A stretch of 64,000 bases of DNA from an uncultured candidate division Zixibacteria bacterium (GCA_963668625.2 CAXXKA010000005.1:64001-128000); one strand, 5' to 3'. Numbered from the stretch's first letter, positions 18,408 through 29,260 are shown. Notes: generated by a model from the sequence alone, not told the origin. Translations and numbers: made by a program.

Positions 18408-19124
18408 ATGAAAGTACTACTTTTTGATAAGGATAGTAAAAATCTTACCTTTTGTCAGTCGGTCTTGCACTTGAACGATTTCGATTGTATACTGGCTACA
18501 TCTTACGATGAGGCTGTCAACTATCTGCATTCCGATTCTACGATTAATATAATTATCTGTGCCGTACCTTTATCTAACGAGGAAGGATTCGCGTTTTTAA
18601 AATATGCAAGGACTAATCTTCGGTTCAATCATATCCCGGTAATGGTCATTGCGGAGTGCAGTGAAAAAGAGCACATATTAAGATGCAAACAATTGGGAAT
18701 TAAAGATATTCTGGCCAAGCCCATAAATAAAGAGATATTGCTCGAGCGACTTCAACGCTCTCTCGATAGGAATTGCGGTACTGTTCTACTCGTTTCCCAG
18801 GATCAAACGGTACTTGACATTTTAAGCAAAACGATTGAACGAGAAAAATATAAGACTCTTGCTGTATATTCCTTGCCCGATGCCATACGGATCATTAATG
18901 AGGATAAAATCGATCTGATTATAACCGACCTGAATATTCATCCCGATAACGGGCTGGAATTGCTGGTGCAGGCTAAAGAGTTCTCACCCTCTTTGCCGGT
19001 AGTATTGATTACTGGATATGCCGGACTCAATCGGGAGGATGCTATTCAAGCCGGCGCCGACAACTCGATTGAAAAGCCATTCCATAATATCCAGATAAAA
19101 AGGATACTCAAGAGCCTTATCTAG
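18408..19124 (+). CDS. Tandem receiver-domain protein
   Basis: Two receiver folds (…ILAKPI; LIITDLNI…VVLITG…IEKPF); the first has Ala at the phosphoacceptor position. Confidence 0.8.
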   Translation: MKVLLFDKDSKNLTFCQSVLHLNDFDCILATSYDEAVNYLHSDSTINIIICAVPLSNEEGFAFLKYARTNLRFNHIPVMVIAECSEKEHILRCKQLGIKDILAKPINKEILLERLQRSLDRNCGTVLLVSQDQTVLDILSKTIEREKYKTLAVYSLPDAIRIINEDKIDLIITDLNIHPDNGLELLVQAKEFSPSLPVVLITGYAGLNREDAIQAGADNSIEKPFHNIQIKRILKSLI

Positions 19125-19332
19125 CCCATGAGCAGCTAGGAAATATATCGATTTTGAGGTATTAGTAGCAACGCCGCACCATGATACTGAGATGGTTGAT
19201 TAATTAGCTGCATAAAATATTGTATCATAATGTCTAATGCAAATTAAAGACACCATTATAAAACGCCGAGATTCTATATAATGAGCGAAATATTAATGAA
19301 TTAAGAGATTTTCGGTTTTGGTCAATTCATAA

Positions 19333-20748
19333 ATGAGGAAAACGATGCCCACACGGATAATGGTTGTTGATGATGAATCCAGTATGTGCGAGTTCATGCG
19401 TATCATGCTCACTAAAGAAGGTTACGAGGTAAAATCGGATACTTCCGCCGAGAATGCCCTTCGAATGCTGGAACGAACTCAACGCTCCGACCACAAAATC
19501 GATCTTGTAATATCGGATTTAATGATGCCTGAGATGTCAGGCATTGACCTATTATCCAAAGCCAAAGCAATTGATCCCAATCTCGATTTCATCGTTATGA
19601 CCGCTTTTGCCTCGGTTGAAACTGCTATCGAGGCTTTAAAGAAAGGCGCGTTCGATTACGTAACCAAACCATTCAAGGTGGATGAGGTTAAGCTGGCGGT
19701 CAGGAAAATCGAGGAGAATAAGAATATCAAGGCCGAAAACCGGATATTGAAAAAACGTCTATCCGGTGGTTTCGATAGCTTCCTTACCGATGATCCCCAA
19801 ACCAAAAAGATAATCGAGCTTGCCCGTAAGGTGGCAAACTCCGATACCACCATACTCATACTCGGCGAATCCGGCGCGGGCAAGGAGGTGCTGTCCAACG
19901 CCATACATACCTCTTCTAATCGCAAGGACGCCCCGTTTATCTCGGTAAATTGCGGTGCGCTACCCGAGCCCCTGCTTGAATCGGAGTTGTTCGGGCATGT
20001 GAAAGGCTCGTTTACCGGCGCTATCAAAAATAAAGATGGATTGTTTAAAGCGGCCGATGGCGGCACGATCCTGCTGGATGAGATAGGGGAGACCTCCTCG
20101 ACAATACAGGTGAAACTCCTGCGCGTGCTCGAGGAGAAAACGATTACCCCGGTTGGCGACACCAAATCATTTCCCGTGGATGTTCGCATAATCGCGGCCA
20201 CCAATGCCAACCTGGAAAGCATGGTCAAAGTCGGCTCGTTCCGTCCCGACCTGTTCTATCGTCTCAATGTTTTCCCGATCACCATCCCGCCGTTGAAAAA
20301 TAGGCCCAACGATATCACTCTGCTGGCAACTTTTTTCGTAAAACGCCACTGCGCCAAAATGGATTTGCCGGAGAAAGAAATTGCCGGTGATACGATGAAA
20401 CTTCTGCACAATTACAAATGGCCGGGCAATGTCCGCCAGTTGGAAAATATGCTGGAACGTGCAGTACTTCTTGCCAAAGGCAAAGCCATCCTGCCTTCCG
20501 ATCTACCCGAGTTGGCCGAGAAAAGTCTGCAGCTTAGTGAGACCGGCAACATAACAACTCAGGAATCGGCATCCGAGACATTACTTTCCGAACCGAGCCT
20601 GGAGATTATCGAGCGGGCTTATATATTCTACGTTCTCACTCAGCACAACTGGCAAAAAGCTAGAGCCGCCAAAGTGCTCGGTATCGATACATCGACACTA
20701 TATCGCAAGATAGAACGTTACGGCCTTAAAGCGCCGGGGGATGAATAA
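19333..20748 (+). CDS. Sigma54-dependent response regulator (NtrC/AtoC family)
   Basis: Receiver + AAA+ (GESGAGKE, ESELFGHVKGSFTGA, LLDEIGE, FRPDLFYRL) + Fis-type HTH. Confidence 0.95.
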   Translation: MRKTMPTRIMVVDDESSMCEFMRIMLTKEGYEVKSDTSAENALRMLERTQRSDHKIDLVISDLMMPEMSGIDLLSKAKAIDPNLDFIVMTAFASVETAIEALKKGAFDYVTKPFKVDEVKLAVRKIEENKNIKAENRILKKRLSGGFDSFLTDDPQTKKIIELARKVANSDTTILILGESGAGKEVLSNAIHTSSNRKDAPFISVNCGALPEPLLESELFGHVKGSFTGAIKNKDGLFKAADGGTILLDEIGETSSTIQVKLLRVLEEKTITPVGDTKSFPVDVRIIAATNANLESMVKVGSFRPDLFYRLNVFPITIPPLKNRPNDITLLATFFVKRHCAKMDLPEKEIAGDTMKLLHNYKWPGNVRQLENMLERAVLLAKGKAILPSDLPELAEKSLQLSETGNITTQESASETLLSEPSLEIIERAYIFYVLTQHNWQKARAAKVLGIDTSTLYRKIERYGLKAPGDE

Positions 20749-21145
20749 AAAGATAGCTATTCTTAATTGGTAGTAACGGTTTTACCCGATCCGTTTTCTA
20801 TACCATTTCAATAGTAATCCCCTGCCATCGCATGATTGCCGCCAACGGCAACTTTCAGGGATATGGCGGGAAGCTATAGCGCAAACAACGCCTTTTACAG
20901 CATGAGGGAGCGTTGATTTCATAAAGATTAATTTGTCTTGGGAATCAGCAGTGTACTTAAACTCAATTCATTGCAGCCCTAATCCCCGGCTTTTGGTTTT
21001 TGATTAATTTAGCCCTAGTAGCAGTCATCCTATTTTACCTGTTTTAACGCTATATAAGACATGTATATCCACTGTCTTTTTCGCTTGCAATATCCGGTCT
21101 TGATTCATTATAATACCTTATCAGTCCATAAAAGGAGGCATAAAC

Positions 21146-22204
21146 ATGATCGATCCCGCATATGATAAATTAGCATCAATTCTAGATTCACTACCGAATG
21201 CTTTCCCGCGCACCGAATCGAATATCGAGCTTCAACTTTTGCAAAAAGTTTTCTCGCTCAAAGAGGCGGAGATTGCCTCGAATTTGACCGGCGAGTACGA
21301 ACCAATTGATGTTATAGCCGAACGAACCGGCTTGCCCGGCCGGAGTCTTCAAAAAGAGTTATTCCTCATGGCTAAAAAGTGGATGGTGTTGATGGAAAAA
21401 GAAAACGGTGAGATGTATTTTCGCATTGCGCCGTTTATAGTTGGCATATACGAGGGTCATCTGGAACGCATGGACCATGAGTTTTCGCATTTGTTCGAAC
21501 ACTACATGCTCGAGGCCGGCAAAGATATCATGAAATACGATCCGGGAGTTCATCGCGCGATACCCTCTGTAAGCCTGGCTAAAAACGAATGGATATTACC
21601 CTATGATGATGTTCTGGCGATTATAGATAAAGCAAAAATTTACCGGGTTCGGGATTGTATTTGCCGTGTTCAGCAGGGTCTTATCGGCAAGGGTTGTGAT
21701 GCTCCCCGTCATAATTGCCTGATGCTTTCGCCATATGATCGTCCCCCGAAACCAGGCGATTTGACTCGGGATGAGGTTATTGGCATATTAAACGAGGCCG
21801 AGGAAATCGGATTGGTTCACAGTGTCGGCAACCATCAAGCCGATTTGACATATATATGCAATTGCTGTGGTTGCTGCTGCGGCGTATTACGGGGTATCAC
21901 CGAGTATGGTCTGGAACACTCGGTGGCTCATGCTAATTATTTCGCGGTTATCGATCCCGATGAGTGCAACGGATGTGGTACTTGCGTGGATAGATGCCAG
22001 GTGAATGCTATCACCCTCCCGGATAATATTGCCGAAATCATAATCGAAAAATGTATTGGCTGTGGTTTATGTGTAAGTGGCTGCCCGGATAATGTCGCCA
22101 AACTGGTTCGTAAACCGGAGGATGAGATAGTTCACCCGCCGATAGATTTCACCGACTGGGAGGATCAGCGACGGGAAAACCGTGGCATGAGTGAGATAGA
22201 GTAA
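21146..22204 (+). CDS. 4Fe-4S ferredoxin-domain protein
   Basis: DCICR, ICNCCGCCCG and two CxxCxxCxxxC motifs; AAGGAGG RBS. Confidence 0.88.
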   Translation: MIDPAYDKLASILDSLPNAFPRTESNIELQLLQKVFSLKEAEIASNLTGEYEPIDVIAERTGLPGRSLQKELFLMAKKWMVLMEKENGEMYFRIAPFIVGIYEGHLERMDHEFSHLFEHYMLEAGKDIMKYDPGVHRAIPSVSLAKNEWILPYDDVLAIIDKAKIYRVRDCICRVQQGLIGKGCDAPRHNCLMLSPYDRPPKPGDLTRDEVIGILNEAEEIGLVHSVGNHQADLTYICNCCGCCCGVLRGITEYGLEHSVAHANYFAVIDPDECNGCGTCVDRCQVNAITLPDNIAEIIIEKCIGCGLCVSGCPDNVAKLVRKPEDEIVHPPIDFTDWEDQRRENRGMSEIE

Positions 22205-22279
22205 TTCAGCTATTCGATAGACTTACCTCTTGATTACACTGGAGCCGACTTGAATAATTAAGAGTTGAACAAGCATATC

Positions 22280-22310
22280 TGTCATCCCGGGCTTGATCCG
22301 GGATCCAGGG
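22280..22310 (+). repeat. Palindromic repeat TGTCATCCCGG(G/A)CTTGATCCGGGATCCAGGG
   Basis: Also at 49999-50029 and 50183-50213. Confidence 0.8.
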
Positions 22311-22452
22311 GGAAGGCGAGCAGGATTATAGTTTAAAGCCGGTACGAACGCGGCAATATGGAAGTTTAGCCGAAACGAATACAGCAAACATTCCAAACAC
22401 GTAGGCGTGATCTACACTGAATAGGCGATGAGAATGTCCGCCGGTCACGATC

Positions 22453-23472
22453 TCATTTCGCAACCCCTTTCAGGTATTCACCGCCGTAATCGATTTTCAA
22501 CTCCACCCACATCGGATAATGATCGGACATCTGATGAGTACGCCATGATTTGTAATGGCTGCTCTTATTTGTGCGAGGCTTACCCTTGCTCGTCTTGTGA
22601 TAAGCGTCGCCCATCTCTCCGACATACACCTGCTCATCCTCATCCCGATAGATATGCTCGAAGATCTTGAATACGCCTGCTTTGGCATTTTTCAAATCCA
22701 TCTTTCTTTTCGTTAAAAATGCCATCTGGTCGTAATGTTTATTTTGAGGAACATTTGCCGGCAGTTTTTGTATTTTATCGGGAATGATAAATCCCTGTTT
22801 GGTAATCGCTTTGAACGTGTCATCCGAGGTCGAGAAGATATTGAAATCACCGACTAAAATCATATTGTTGCTCCAGGCCGTATTCTCGGTTGCCCGTTTT
22901 TTCAAGAATTTAGCGAGTTCCTCTATCTCTCTTAATCGGCGGGGATTATTAGCCTCGGCTTTGCCATAGAGAATATGCACGGTAGTTAACATAAACCTGA
23001 ACCAGCCCGCCTTGAATCCGCACAGATAAGGCGTTCGCTGCAATTGAAGGACTGGAGTTCCTTTCTTATCCGGTAATACGATCTCGGCCGCCAGACCGCC
23101 AAAGCGGATTTTGCGCATATCATAAAGGAACACCATGCGCTCGCTGTTACCGCTGACATCGGTTACAAGAAATTTCCACCAGCCGCCGAGTTTGCTTGCC
23201 AGTTTTTTCAATGCCGATAGATCCCGCCTGACCTCCTGTACGGCCACCAGGTCGAACCGGGAAACAATTTCGGCGATATAGTTCATCGACTCCTCGGTGC
23301 GAAAGCCGTACTTGGTGGAATCGAACTCGCGAATATTCCAGGTAGCCAGCAGTATTGTTTCGCCTATGGTCCTTTTCGGAATTTCTTTATCGAGTTGTTC
23401 TCTTAGTAAAAGAAGGTTTCGGGCGGTACGTTTACCCATCTTAGATTTATCGATTTCATAAAAGAAAGACAT
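22453..23472 (-). CDS. Endonuclease/exonuclease/phosphatase (DNase I-like) family protein
   Basis: Motifs LATWNIREF, AVQEV, VGDFN, HYDQM, SDHYP. Confidence 0.9.
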   Translation of the reverse strand: MSFFYEIDKSKMGKRTARNLLLLREQLDKEIPKRTIGETILLATWNIREFDSTKYGFRTEESMNYIAEIVSRFDLVAVQEVRRDLSALKKLASKLGGWWKFLVTDVSGNSERMVFLYDMRKIRFGGLAAEIVLPDKKGTPVLQLQRTPYLCGFKAGWFRFMLTTVHILYGKAEANNPRRLREIEELAKFLKKRATENTAWSNNMILVGDFNIFSTSDDTFKAITKQGFIIPDKIQKLPANVPQNKHYDQMAFLTKRKMDLKNAKAGVFKIFEHIYRDEDEQVYVGEMGDAYHKTSKGKPRTNKSSHYKSWRTHQMSDHYPMWVELKIDYGGEYLKGVAK

Positions 23473-23634
23473 TTTCTCTTCCTCCTTAAGCTAATATTTT
23501 TCTCCGGTGATTTTTCAACGTTGGACGACATAAGCTATCAGATATCTTGTGATTTTATATTTGAGTTGGTGGAAAGTGTCAAGGTATATTTAGGAAATAA
23601 CCTGTTCCAATTTATCTAATAAAATATCTAATTT

Positions 23635-23889
23635 CACTACTGTCCGGTCTTTTCATCTCGTTGCGAAGCGCTGCTTCGCAACGTGGCTTGTTTGCCTGCA
23701 GAATGCGCATTCTACATGATTCAAGAAGGTTTCCAAGCAGCGCTTGGAAACCAGAAAACCAAGCCTAACATCGGCAGGATATGTCAGGATGAATGATACG
23801 CTGAATAAAATAATTATATCGGAAAATATTTTTCATTAACAATTCCAAGGAGAAATTTAAAATTTAACGAAAAACACCGGACACTAGTG
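23635..23889. mobile_element. MITE (255 bp), copy 1
   Basis: TIRs CACTACTGTCCGGTCTTTT / AAAACACCGGACACTAGTG; 9-bp TSD ATCTAATTT (23626-23634, 23890-23898); near-identical copy at 44555-44809. Confidence 0.9.
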
Positions 23890-23935
23890 ATCTAATTTTA
23901 TTGCCTATAACCACCTTTTCAATTATTTTACACTC

Positions 23936-24838
23936 ATGGAAAAAGCAAAATATATCAAACCAATCAAACAGCACATCCTGGTGTACGGCCTCGAGCTGGA
24001 ATGCCCCTCGATAGTCGTTAACGACTCGGTCAGGCTCAATAAGCTATTACAGCCTCTGACTGTCTCCGATCTCGCCGGCGCAGGTCAGGCCGGTTTCCGA
24101 GGCTGGACAGCTATCGCCCCGTTTGCATCCGGCTGCAAATGCGAGATCGAATCGCTGGAGGCCGCCGAGGTCAATCCTATCTCGGATGGTATCAGCAACG
24201 CGTTTCTTCTTTCCTGCGCGCTTAACCTGATGGATTACTCCTCGCATGTACCGCTGGCATCCTCGAACTATAGCTGGAACACTATTGCCGGGCATCGAAA
24301 GGAAGGGGATGATAATCCACCGAAATTACCGGATTTTACCGGACAACTGGTTGATTACTATATTAATGTAATGGTACCTAAAGGTTCGCTCAATAAAATA
24401 TCAGAAAACGATATAAGCTGGCTGCAAACCCATTTCGATAGCCTGAGCGCTATAGTCCGCCAGAGCGATCCCTTCCGATTCGCGCTGGAGGCCTCGATCG
24501 ACTGGCGTTATGCCAAGAATATACGTTCGGCGATAGCTCGTCTCTGGAGTGGTATCGAGGCGCTATATGGGCTTCATACCGAACTTGTTTACCGGATATC
24601 TTTCTATTCTGCCTCTTTGCTCGCGCAGAGAGGAGAGGCGCGCATAGAGAAATTCAAGCAGGTTAAAAATCTCTACGGTAAAAGATCGAAAGCGGTACAT
24701 GGGGGGAAGCTCTCCGATGAGGCTCTGGTACAGGCCGCCAACGACTCGTTCAGACTGCTACGCGATCTGCTCAAGCGCTCGATCGAGATCGGCCATGCAC
24801 TCACTGAGGATGATTTAAACGAGGCCATGTTCGGTTAA
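23936..24838 (+). CDS. HEPN-domain protein (ApeA-like)
   Basis: C-terminal LWSGIEAL…ELVYRIS…KNLYGKRSKAVHG containing the RxxxxH motif. Confidence 0.75.
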   Translation: MEKAKYIKPIKQHILVYGLELECPSIVVNDSVRLNKLLQPLTVSDLAGAGQAGFRGWTAIAPFASGCKCEIESLEAAEVNPISDGISNAFLLSCALNLMDYSSHVPLASSNYSWNTIAGHRKEGDDNPPKLPDFTGQLVDYYINVMVPKGSLNKISENDISWLQTHFDSLSAIVRQSDPFRFALEASIDWRYAKNIRSAIARLWSGIEALYGLHTELVYRISFYSASLLAQRGEARIEKFKQVKNLYGKRSKAVHGGKLSDEALVQAANDSFRLLRDLLKRSIEIGHALTEDDLNEAMFG

Positions 24839-25047
24839 ACACTCGACCTGCATCATGAATTGACGGATGTAGAATAGTTAAATTCGTTTGACTGATATCC
24901 CGACGATAAGTTCGTTTACAAAACCGATCGGATAATGTAATATATTTAATCGCAGGCTGGTACTTCGGAGCGAAAGGATGCAAAAGCAATAATAACGGCT
25001 AATAGCAGAATTTTGAAAACTAAACTCCATCAATAAAGGAGAGCGAG

Positions 25048-26037
25048 ATGCTACTACGTTTATCACTTATTATAATGATTATCTCGTTATTAATCATATG
25101 TTGCGGGCCAAAAGAGGAACCAGTACCGCTGATCACCGGCGATTATTACGGCCAGATCCCGCCTGATATCACAGCTCGAGTATTCGCGCCCGGCGCTATC
25201 TGTGATGGCCTCGGCAACCGCGATATGGCCATTCATCCCAACGGCGATAAATTCTTCTATTCGATCTGGCTGCCGACTCGTTCGGGAGTTTTGATGCAGG
25301 TGGATAAAATCGATAGCGTCTGGCAAGAGCCGATAGTCGCTCCGTTCTCTGGCAAGTACAGCGATCTCGAACCGTTTTTCACCCATGATGGCCGCCGGTT
25401 ATATTTCGCCTCGAACCGTCCCATGAAGGATGGCGACCCGCCAAAAGATTATGATATCTGGTATGTCGAGCTCTGTGATGCCGGCTGGAAAGAGCCTGTC
25501 AATGTCGGAAAGCCGATCAATACTCCGGGTAACGAGTTTTATCCCACGCTCACCACCGATAACGTCATGTATTTCACCGCGCCACATAAAAAATCAGAGG
25601 CAATATACAAATCAAAAATGGTCGGCGGTAAATTCAACAAGCCCAAACGTCTCAGCTACGCAATCAACTCCGCCCATGGCGAGTTCAACTCGATGATATC
25701 GCCTGATGGCAGTTTCCTGATTTTTTCCTCGTTCGGCAGGGAGGACGACCATGGAGGCGGCGATTTATATATCAGTTTCAAAGATGACGATGGCGATTGG
25801 CAAAAAGCGGTGAACATGGGCGATACGTTCAACTCCACACGCCTGGACTACTGCCCGGCATTATCCCCGGATGGCAAGTACCTGTTTTTCGCCAGTTCCA
25901 GGATGTCACCCGAGTTAGCTGATGGCGTGCTGAAAAGCTATAGCGATGTGGTCAACGTGTTAAACAGTCCCGGCAACGGTGGTGATGATATCTACTGGAT
26001 AAGCACGAGCACGCTGGAGAGATTTAAGCAGAAATAA
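25048..26037 (+). CDS. PD40/TolB-like beta-propeller lipoprotein
   Basis: Lipobox-like …IICC; repeats PFFTHDGRRLYFAS, ISPDGSFLIFSS, PALSPDGKYLFFAS. Confidence 0.85.
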   Translation: MLLRLSLIIMIISLLIICCGPKEEPVPLITGDYYGQIPPDITARVFAPGAICDGLGNRDMAIHPNGDKFFYSIWLPTRSGVLMQVDKIDSVWQEPIVAPFSGKYSDLEPFFTHDGRRLYFASNRPMKDGDPPKDYDIWYVELCDAGWKEPVNVGKPINTPGNEFYPTLTTDNVMYFTAPHKKSEAIYKSKMVGGKFNKPKRLSYAINSAHGEFNSMISPDGSFLIFSSFGREDDHGGGDLYISFKDDDGDWQKAVNMGDTFNSTRLDYCPALSPDGKYLFFASSRMSPELADGVLKSYSDVVNVLNSPGNGGDDIYWISTSTLERFKQK

Positions 26038-26038
26038 T

Positions 26039-26566
26039 ATGTCCGAGAAGCGATACATACAGGTATATACCGGCAACGGTAAAGGCAAAACCACCGCTGC
26101 GATCGGCCAGGCTATACGCGCGGCAGGAGATGGGCTTAAAACACTTTTCGTAATGCTGATGAAGAACTATCCCTATAATGAGATATCCGCCTTAAAGCGT
26201 TACGAGGATTTGATAACCCTGAAACAGTACGGTGATGATGATTTCGTATTAAAAAAACAACCACCGTCAGAAAAAGATAAAGCTACGATAAAGCAGGCTT
26301 TAGCCTTTGCCCATGAGGCCATGCTTAGCAAAAGCTACGATATTATCATTCTGGATGAAGTCTGCGTAGCCTCGTATTTCAAGCTATTAACACCGGGGGA
26401 TTTATTGCCGCTTCTGAATAAAAAGCCGGACAATGTCGAGCTAATCCTAACCGGCCGATATTGCCCTCGGGAGTGGCTTGATAAAGCCGACCTCGTTACG
26501 GAGATGACGGAAGTGAAACATTACTACACTCAAGGTGTAATGGCTCGAAAGGGATTTGAATCATAA
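26039..26566 (+). CDS. cobO: Cob(I)yrinic acid a,c-diamide adenosyltransferase (CobO/BtuR type)
   Basis: Motifs YTGNGKGKTTAA, IILDE, ELILTGR, ADLVTEM…KH. Confidence 0.92.
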   Translation: MSEKRYIQVYTGNGKGKTTAAIGQAIRAAGDGLKTLFVMLMKNYPYNEISALKRYEDLITLKQYGDDDFVLKKQPPSEKDKATIKQALAFAHEAMLSKSYDIIILDEVCVASYFKLLTPGDLLPLLNKKPDNVELILTGRYCPREWLDKADLVTEMTEVKHYYTQGVMARKGFES

Positions 26567-26577
26567 ACTACCACCGG
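26549..26577 (+). terminator. Intrinsic terminator after cobO (coordinates approximate; stem at ~26570-26593)
   Basis: ACCACCGGC-TACAGG-GCCGGTGGT followed by TTTT just after the stop. Confidence 0.5.
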
Positions 26578-26665
26578 CTACAGGGCCGGTGGTTTTTAAG
26601 ATCAATAAAAAAAACCGGAACGAAAATTCCGAACCGGTTTCATTCAGTAAATAGGCTTAAAAATA

Positions 26666-27712
26666 CTACAGAGTAATCTGGAATAATAAAGTCATCAGGT
26701 TATCGGCGTCGGTTACGTCGTCATCGATTATATCGTAATTTAACCTGATTAACTGATTTTTGCCGAGGTAGTACGTAGCCCCCAGTGTAGTTTTGGTGCG
26801 CTCGACCGTCGTTGCGGCATCGCTGTTAGGCTCGAAAAAGGCGTACCTGACTCCCAGCTCTACCATCTCCGGCAGTACGTAGTAGGTGCCGTAAACATAA
26901 TACCCGGCAGGTTTAATATCCGCGCCTGAAGTTTTATAAGTAGCCATAATGTACTCGCCCTGCACGCGAAGCATTCTCATGGCAAGCTCGTACTCCATCA
27001 TGAACTCCAAACCGATTGCGCTTTCATCGTAATCGGTCGAATCGGTGTTATTGAAAAACTGTCCCATGTAGTAAGCCAGCCCTAAATGAGTGCCATACGG
27101 AGCCTCGAGAATACCGCGTAAAGCGAAATCTTTGGCGCTGTTGTTATCGGTATTCCAAATACCGTTACCGTTAAACACCATCGCCTCATAGCCTGCCGTG
27201 AAATCCTCGTTGATTTTATGCTTGCCGGATACCATCGCCCCTATATCACGGAATAAACCGTTTGAATCACCGGTGTTGATCCGGCCCAGGTTATTGACTA
27301 TTCCGCCGGTTACGAAACTGGGATCGATAAATTTCCAGAATACGAATCCCGGTTTAGCCTCCAGGCCGAACGGATACTTGAATTGACCGATACGAACATT
27401 GGCAAGCGGGTGAAGGTAATAGTCGATCCAGGCCTGGTATAGCCGGGGCTCCAGACCGTTATGAATGCCCTCTATCATCAAGTGGTAACCGACATTATCC
27501 AATACTTTGCCTTTAATACCAACACGCGCGCGTTTGAACTGAAAAGTCGGATCGCTGCCATCGGTCTCATCATTGAGATAGCCTGATTGAAGCCAATAAA
27601 AAGTCGTTACGGATGGCTCGAACTTTTTTGCGGAAGTTTGTGCCGATGCGAAATTCATTGTGATTGCCAGAATTGCGATTGCGATTAATGAAACTCTTAA
27701 CGTAACCCTCAT
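26666..27712 (-). CDS. Outer-membrane porin (phosphate-selective porin O/P-like)
   Basis: Signal peptide; FQFKRARVG, RIGQFKYPFGLE, RDIG, VFNGNG; beta-strand C-terminus. Confidence 0.8.
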   Translation of the reverse strand: MRVTLRVSLIAIAILAITMNFASAQTSAKKFEPSVTTFYWLQSGYLNDETDGSDPTFQFKRARVGIKGKVLDNVGYHLMIEGIHNGLEPRLYQAWIDYYLHPLANVRIGQFKYPFGLEAKPGFVFWKFIDPSFVTGGIVNNLGRINTGDSNGLFRDIGAMVSGKHKINEDFTAGYEAMVFNGNGIWNTDNNSAKDFALRGILEAPYGTHLGLAYYMGQFFNNTDSTDYDESAIGLEFMMEYELAMRMLRVQGEYIMATYKTSGADIKPAGYYVYGTYYVLPEMVELGVRYAFFEPNSDAATTVERTKTTLGATYYLGKNQLIRLNYDIIDDDVTDADNLMTLLFQITL

Positions 27713-27991
27713 GAATCCTCCTCGTTTTATTTACATCATGAAAAAGCAACAAGATCGGGGTATTATTGGTTCCCATGATTATATTAAGATTGTGCAATTA
27801 GCAAATAATATTAGATATTCTTTCGCGTAATGACTGATGGTCAAGCCGACTCGAGGAACAACACTATGCTATACGATAACCCGATTGATCGTGCTAATAT
27901 TTCTATTACTCCGAGGAATTAAATAACAAATCAGAAAGTCGGCGATAAAGATTGGGGGGGGTGGGGATCGCCGACTTTCTAAACGAGAAAT

Positions 27992-28945
27992 TTATTTTAG
28001 CAGTATAAGCTTTTCACACTCTGTGAATTTATCGCTTTCAAGGCGAATGAAATATATACCGGTCGTATAATCGGAGCCGTTCCAGCCCAAATCGAATTCT
28101 CCCGCCTGGCTGTAACCATCGTACAAAGTTTCCACCGGTTGGCCTAATACGTTGTAAATCACGAGTTTGATATCGGAGGCTAAGCTTAAGCTATATCTTA
28201 TCTGTGTTTGGGCGTTGAATGGATTGGGATAAGAGGCGACAGTAGCCAATTTCTCCGGTATCGGCATCTCGGTCTCCTCGATGTTTGCCTGCGTAGTTAG
28301 CCAGCTCATTACCTGAGCCACGAACTCATCTTTTGTGTTGGCGCCCGCATCCGTAATACTCGAGATCGGGAAAGTAGTCAGTATGGCTTTAAATGGTTCC
28401 TCGCGAAATATCCCTTTGCACCAGCATGAATCCTCACTCTCGAACGCCGGGCCGGTTCCACCACCGATCATTTCCGCGTATATTACCTCCGTCGATACCT
28501 CGATATCGAACGGGCTATTCGAGCAACTCCAGAGCTGCTCGGAGGGGTTGGTGGCACAGGTGGCAATATCGAATTGGAATATCTCATCCCGGTAGGTATC
28601 ATTAAAGTAAGCCGTGTTCTCTCCCTGCCAGTATATCGCGCCGCCATTATTCAAGTATACGAGAATATCATCAGCAACCTGGGCCGCCAATTCGGAATCG
28701 AATCCCTCGCACCAGTTATCAGCGAATATAAAAAGTACATTGTAATTGTCTAGCTGTTCGATATATGATTGTATGTCGTCCGTGATTTCTCCGGAATAAT
28801 CCTGTTCCTCGAGAAGCAATGATAGGTCATCGGCCGATTGCGATCCGCATGGATCATAAATCAAGTAATCATTGGCAAACACCATCGAGAATAATAATAA
28901 TGAAAATACCAGGGTAAGCGCCGTTAAGTTACTCCTATTTAACAT
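27992..28945 (-). CDS. Secreted protein with C-terminal sorting-type domain
   Basis: Signal peptide; SYPNPFNAQT…TGIYFIRL…KLILLK. Confidence 0.8.
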   Translation of the reverse strand: MLNRSNLTALTLVFSLLLFSMVFANDYLIYDPCGSQSADDLSLLLEEQDYSGEITDDIQSYIEQLDNYNVLFIFADNWCEGFDSELAAQVADDILVYLNNGGAIYWQGENTAYFNDTYRDEIFQFDIATCATNPSEQLWSCSNSPFDIEVSTEVIYAEMIGGGTGPAFESEDSCWCKGIFREEPFKAILTTFPISSITDAGANTKDEFVAQVMSWLTTQANIEETEMPIPEKLATVASYPNPFNAQTQIRYSLSLASDIKLVIYNVLGQPVETLYDGYSQAGEFDLGWNGSDYTTGIYFIRLESDKFTECEKLILLK

Positions 28946-29068
28946 AGCTCCACCTCCTGCTATTGAATAGTCTCTTATTATATTGTGTTATACGTAATTA
29001 ACTTATTTACGACATCGGGAGCTGTCAAGAGTTTTTTTATTCTGGGGATTATCAATTTATACATTTTT

Positions 29069-29260
29069 TACTGTTTTCCGGCCTTTAGCTAAACAGCGCC
29101 TCAGGATGTCGTACCTTCTATCCCGAGGCATCGGGCCGGAAGATTCACCAGGATATGTCAGGATGAAAGCGGAGCGATATCCTGACAAGCTGACAAATAA
29201 TCTTTGTCAACGATTCCTGCTTGAATCGAGCAATTGACTGAAAAACACCGGACACTAATG
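29069..29260. mobile_element. Divergent MITE-family relative
   Basis: Right end GAAAAACACCGGACACTAATG; internal CAGGATATGTCAGGATGAA shared with the MITE; flanked by ACATTTTT direct repeats at 29061 and 29261. Confidence 0.6.
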
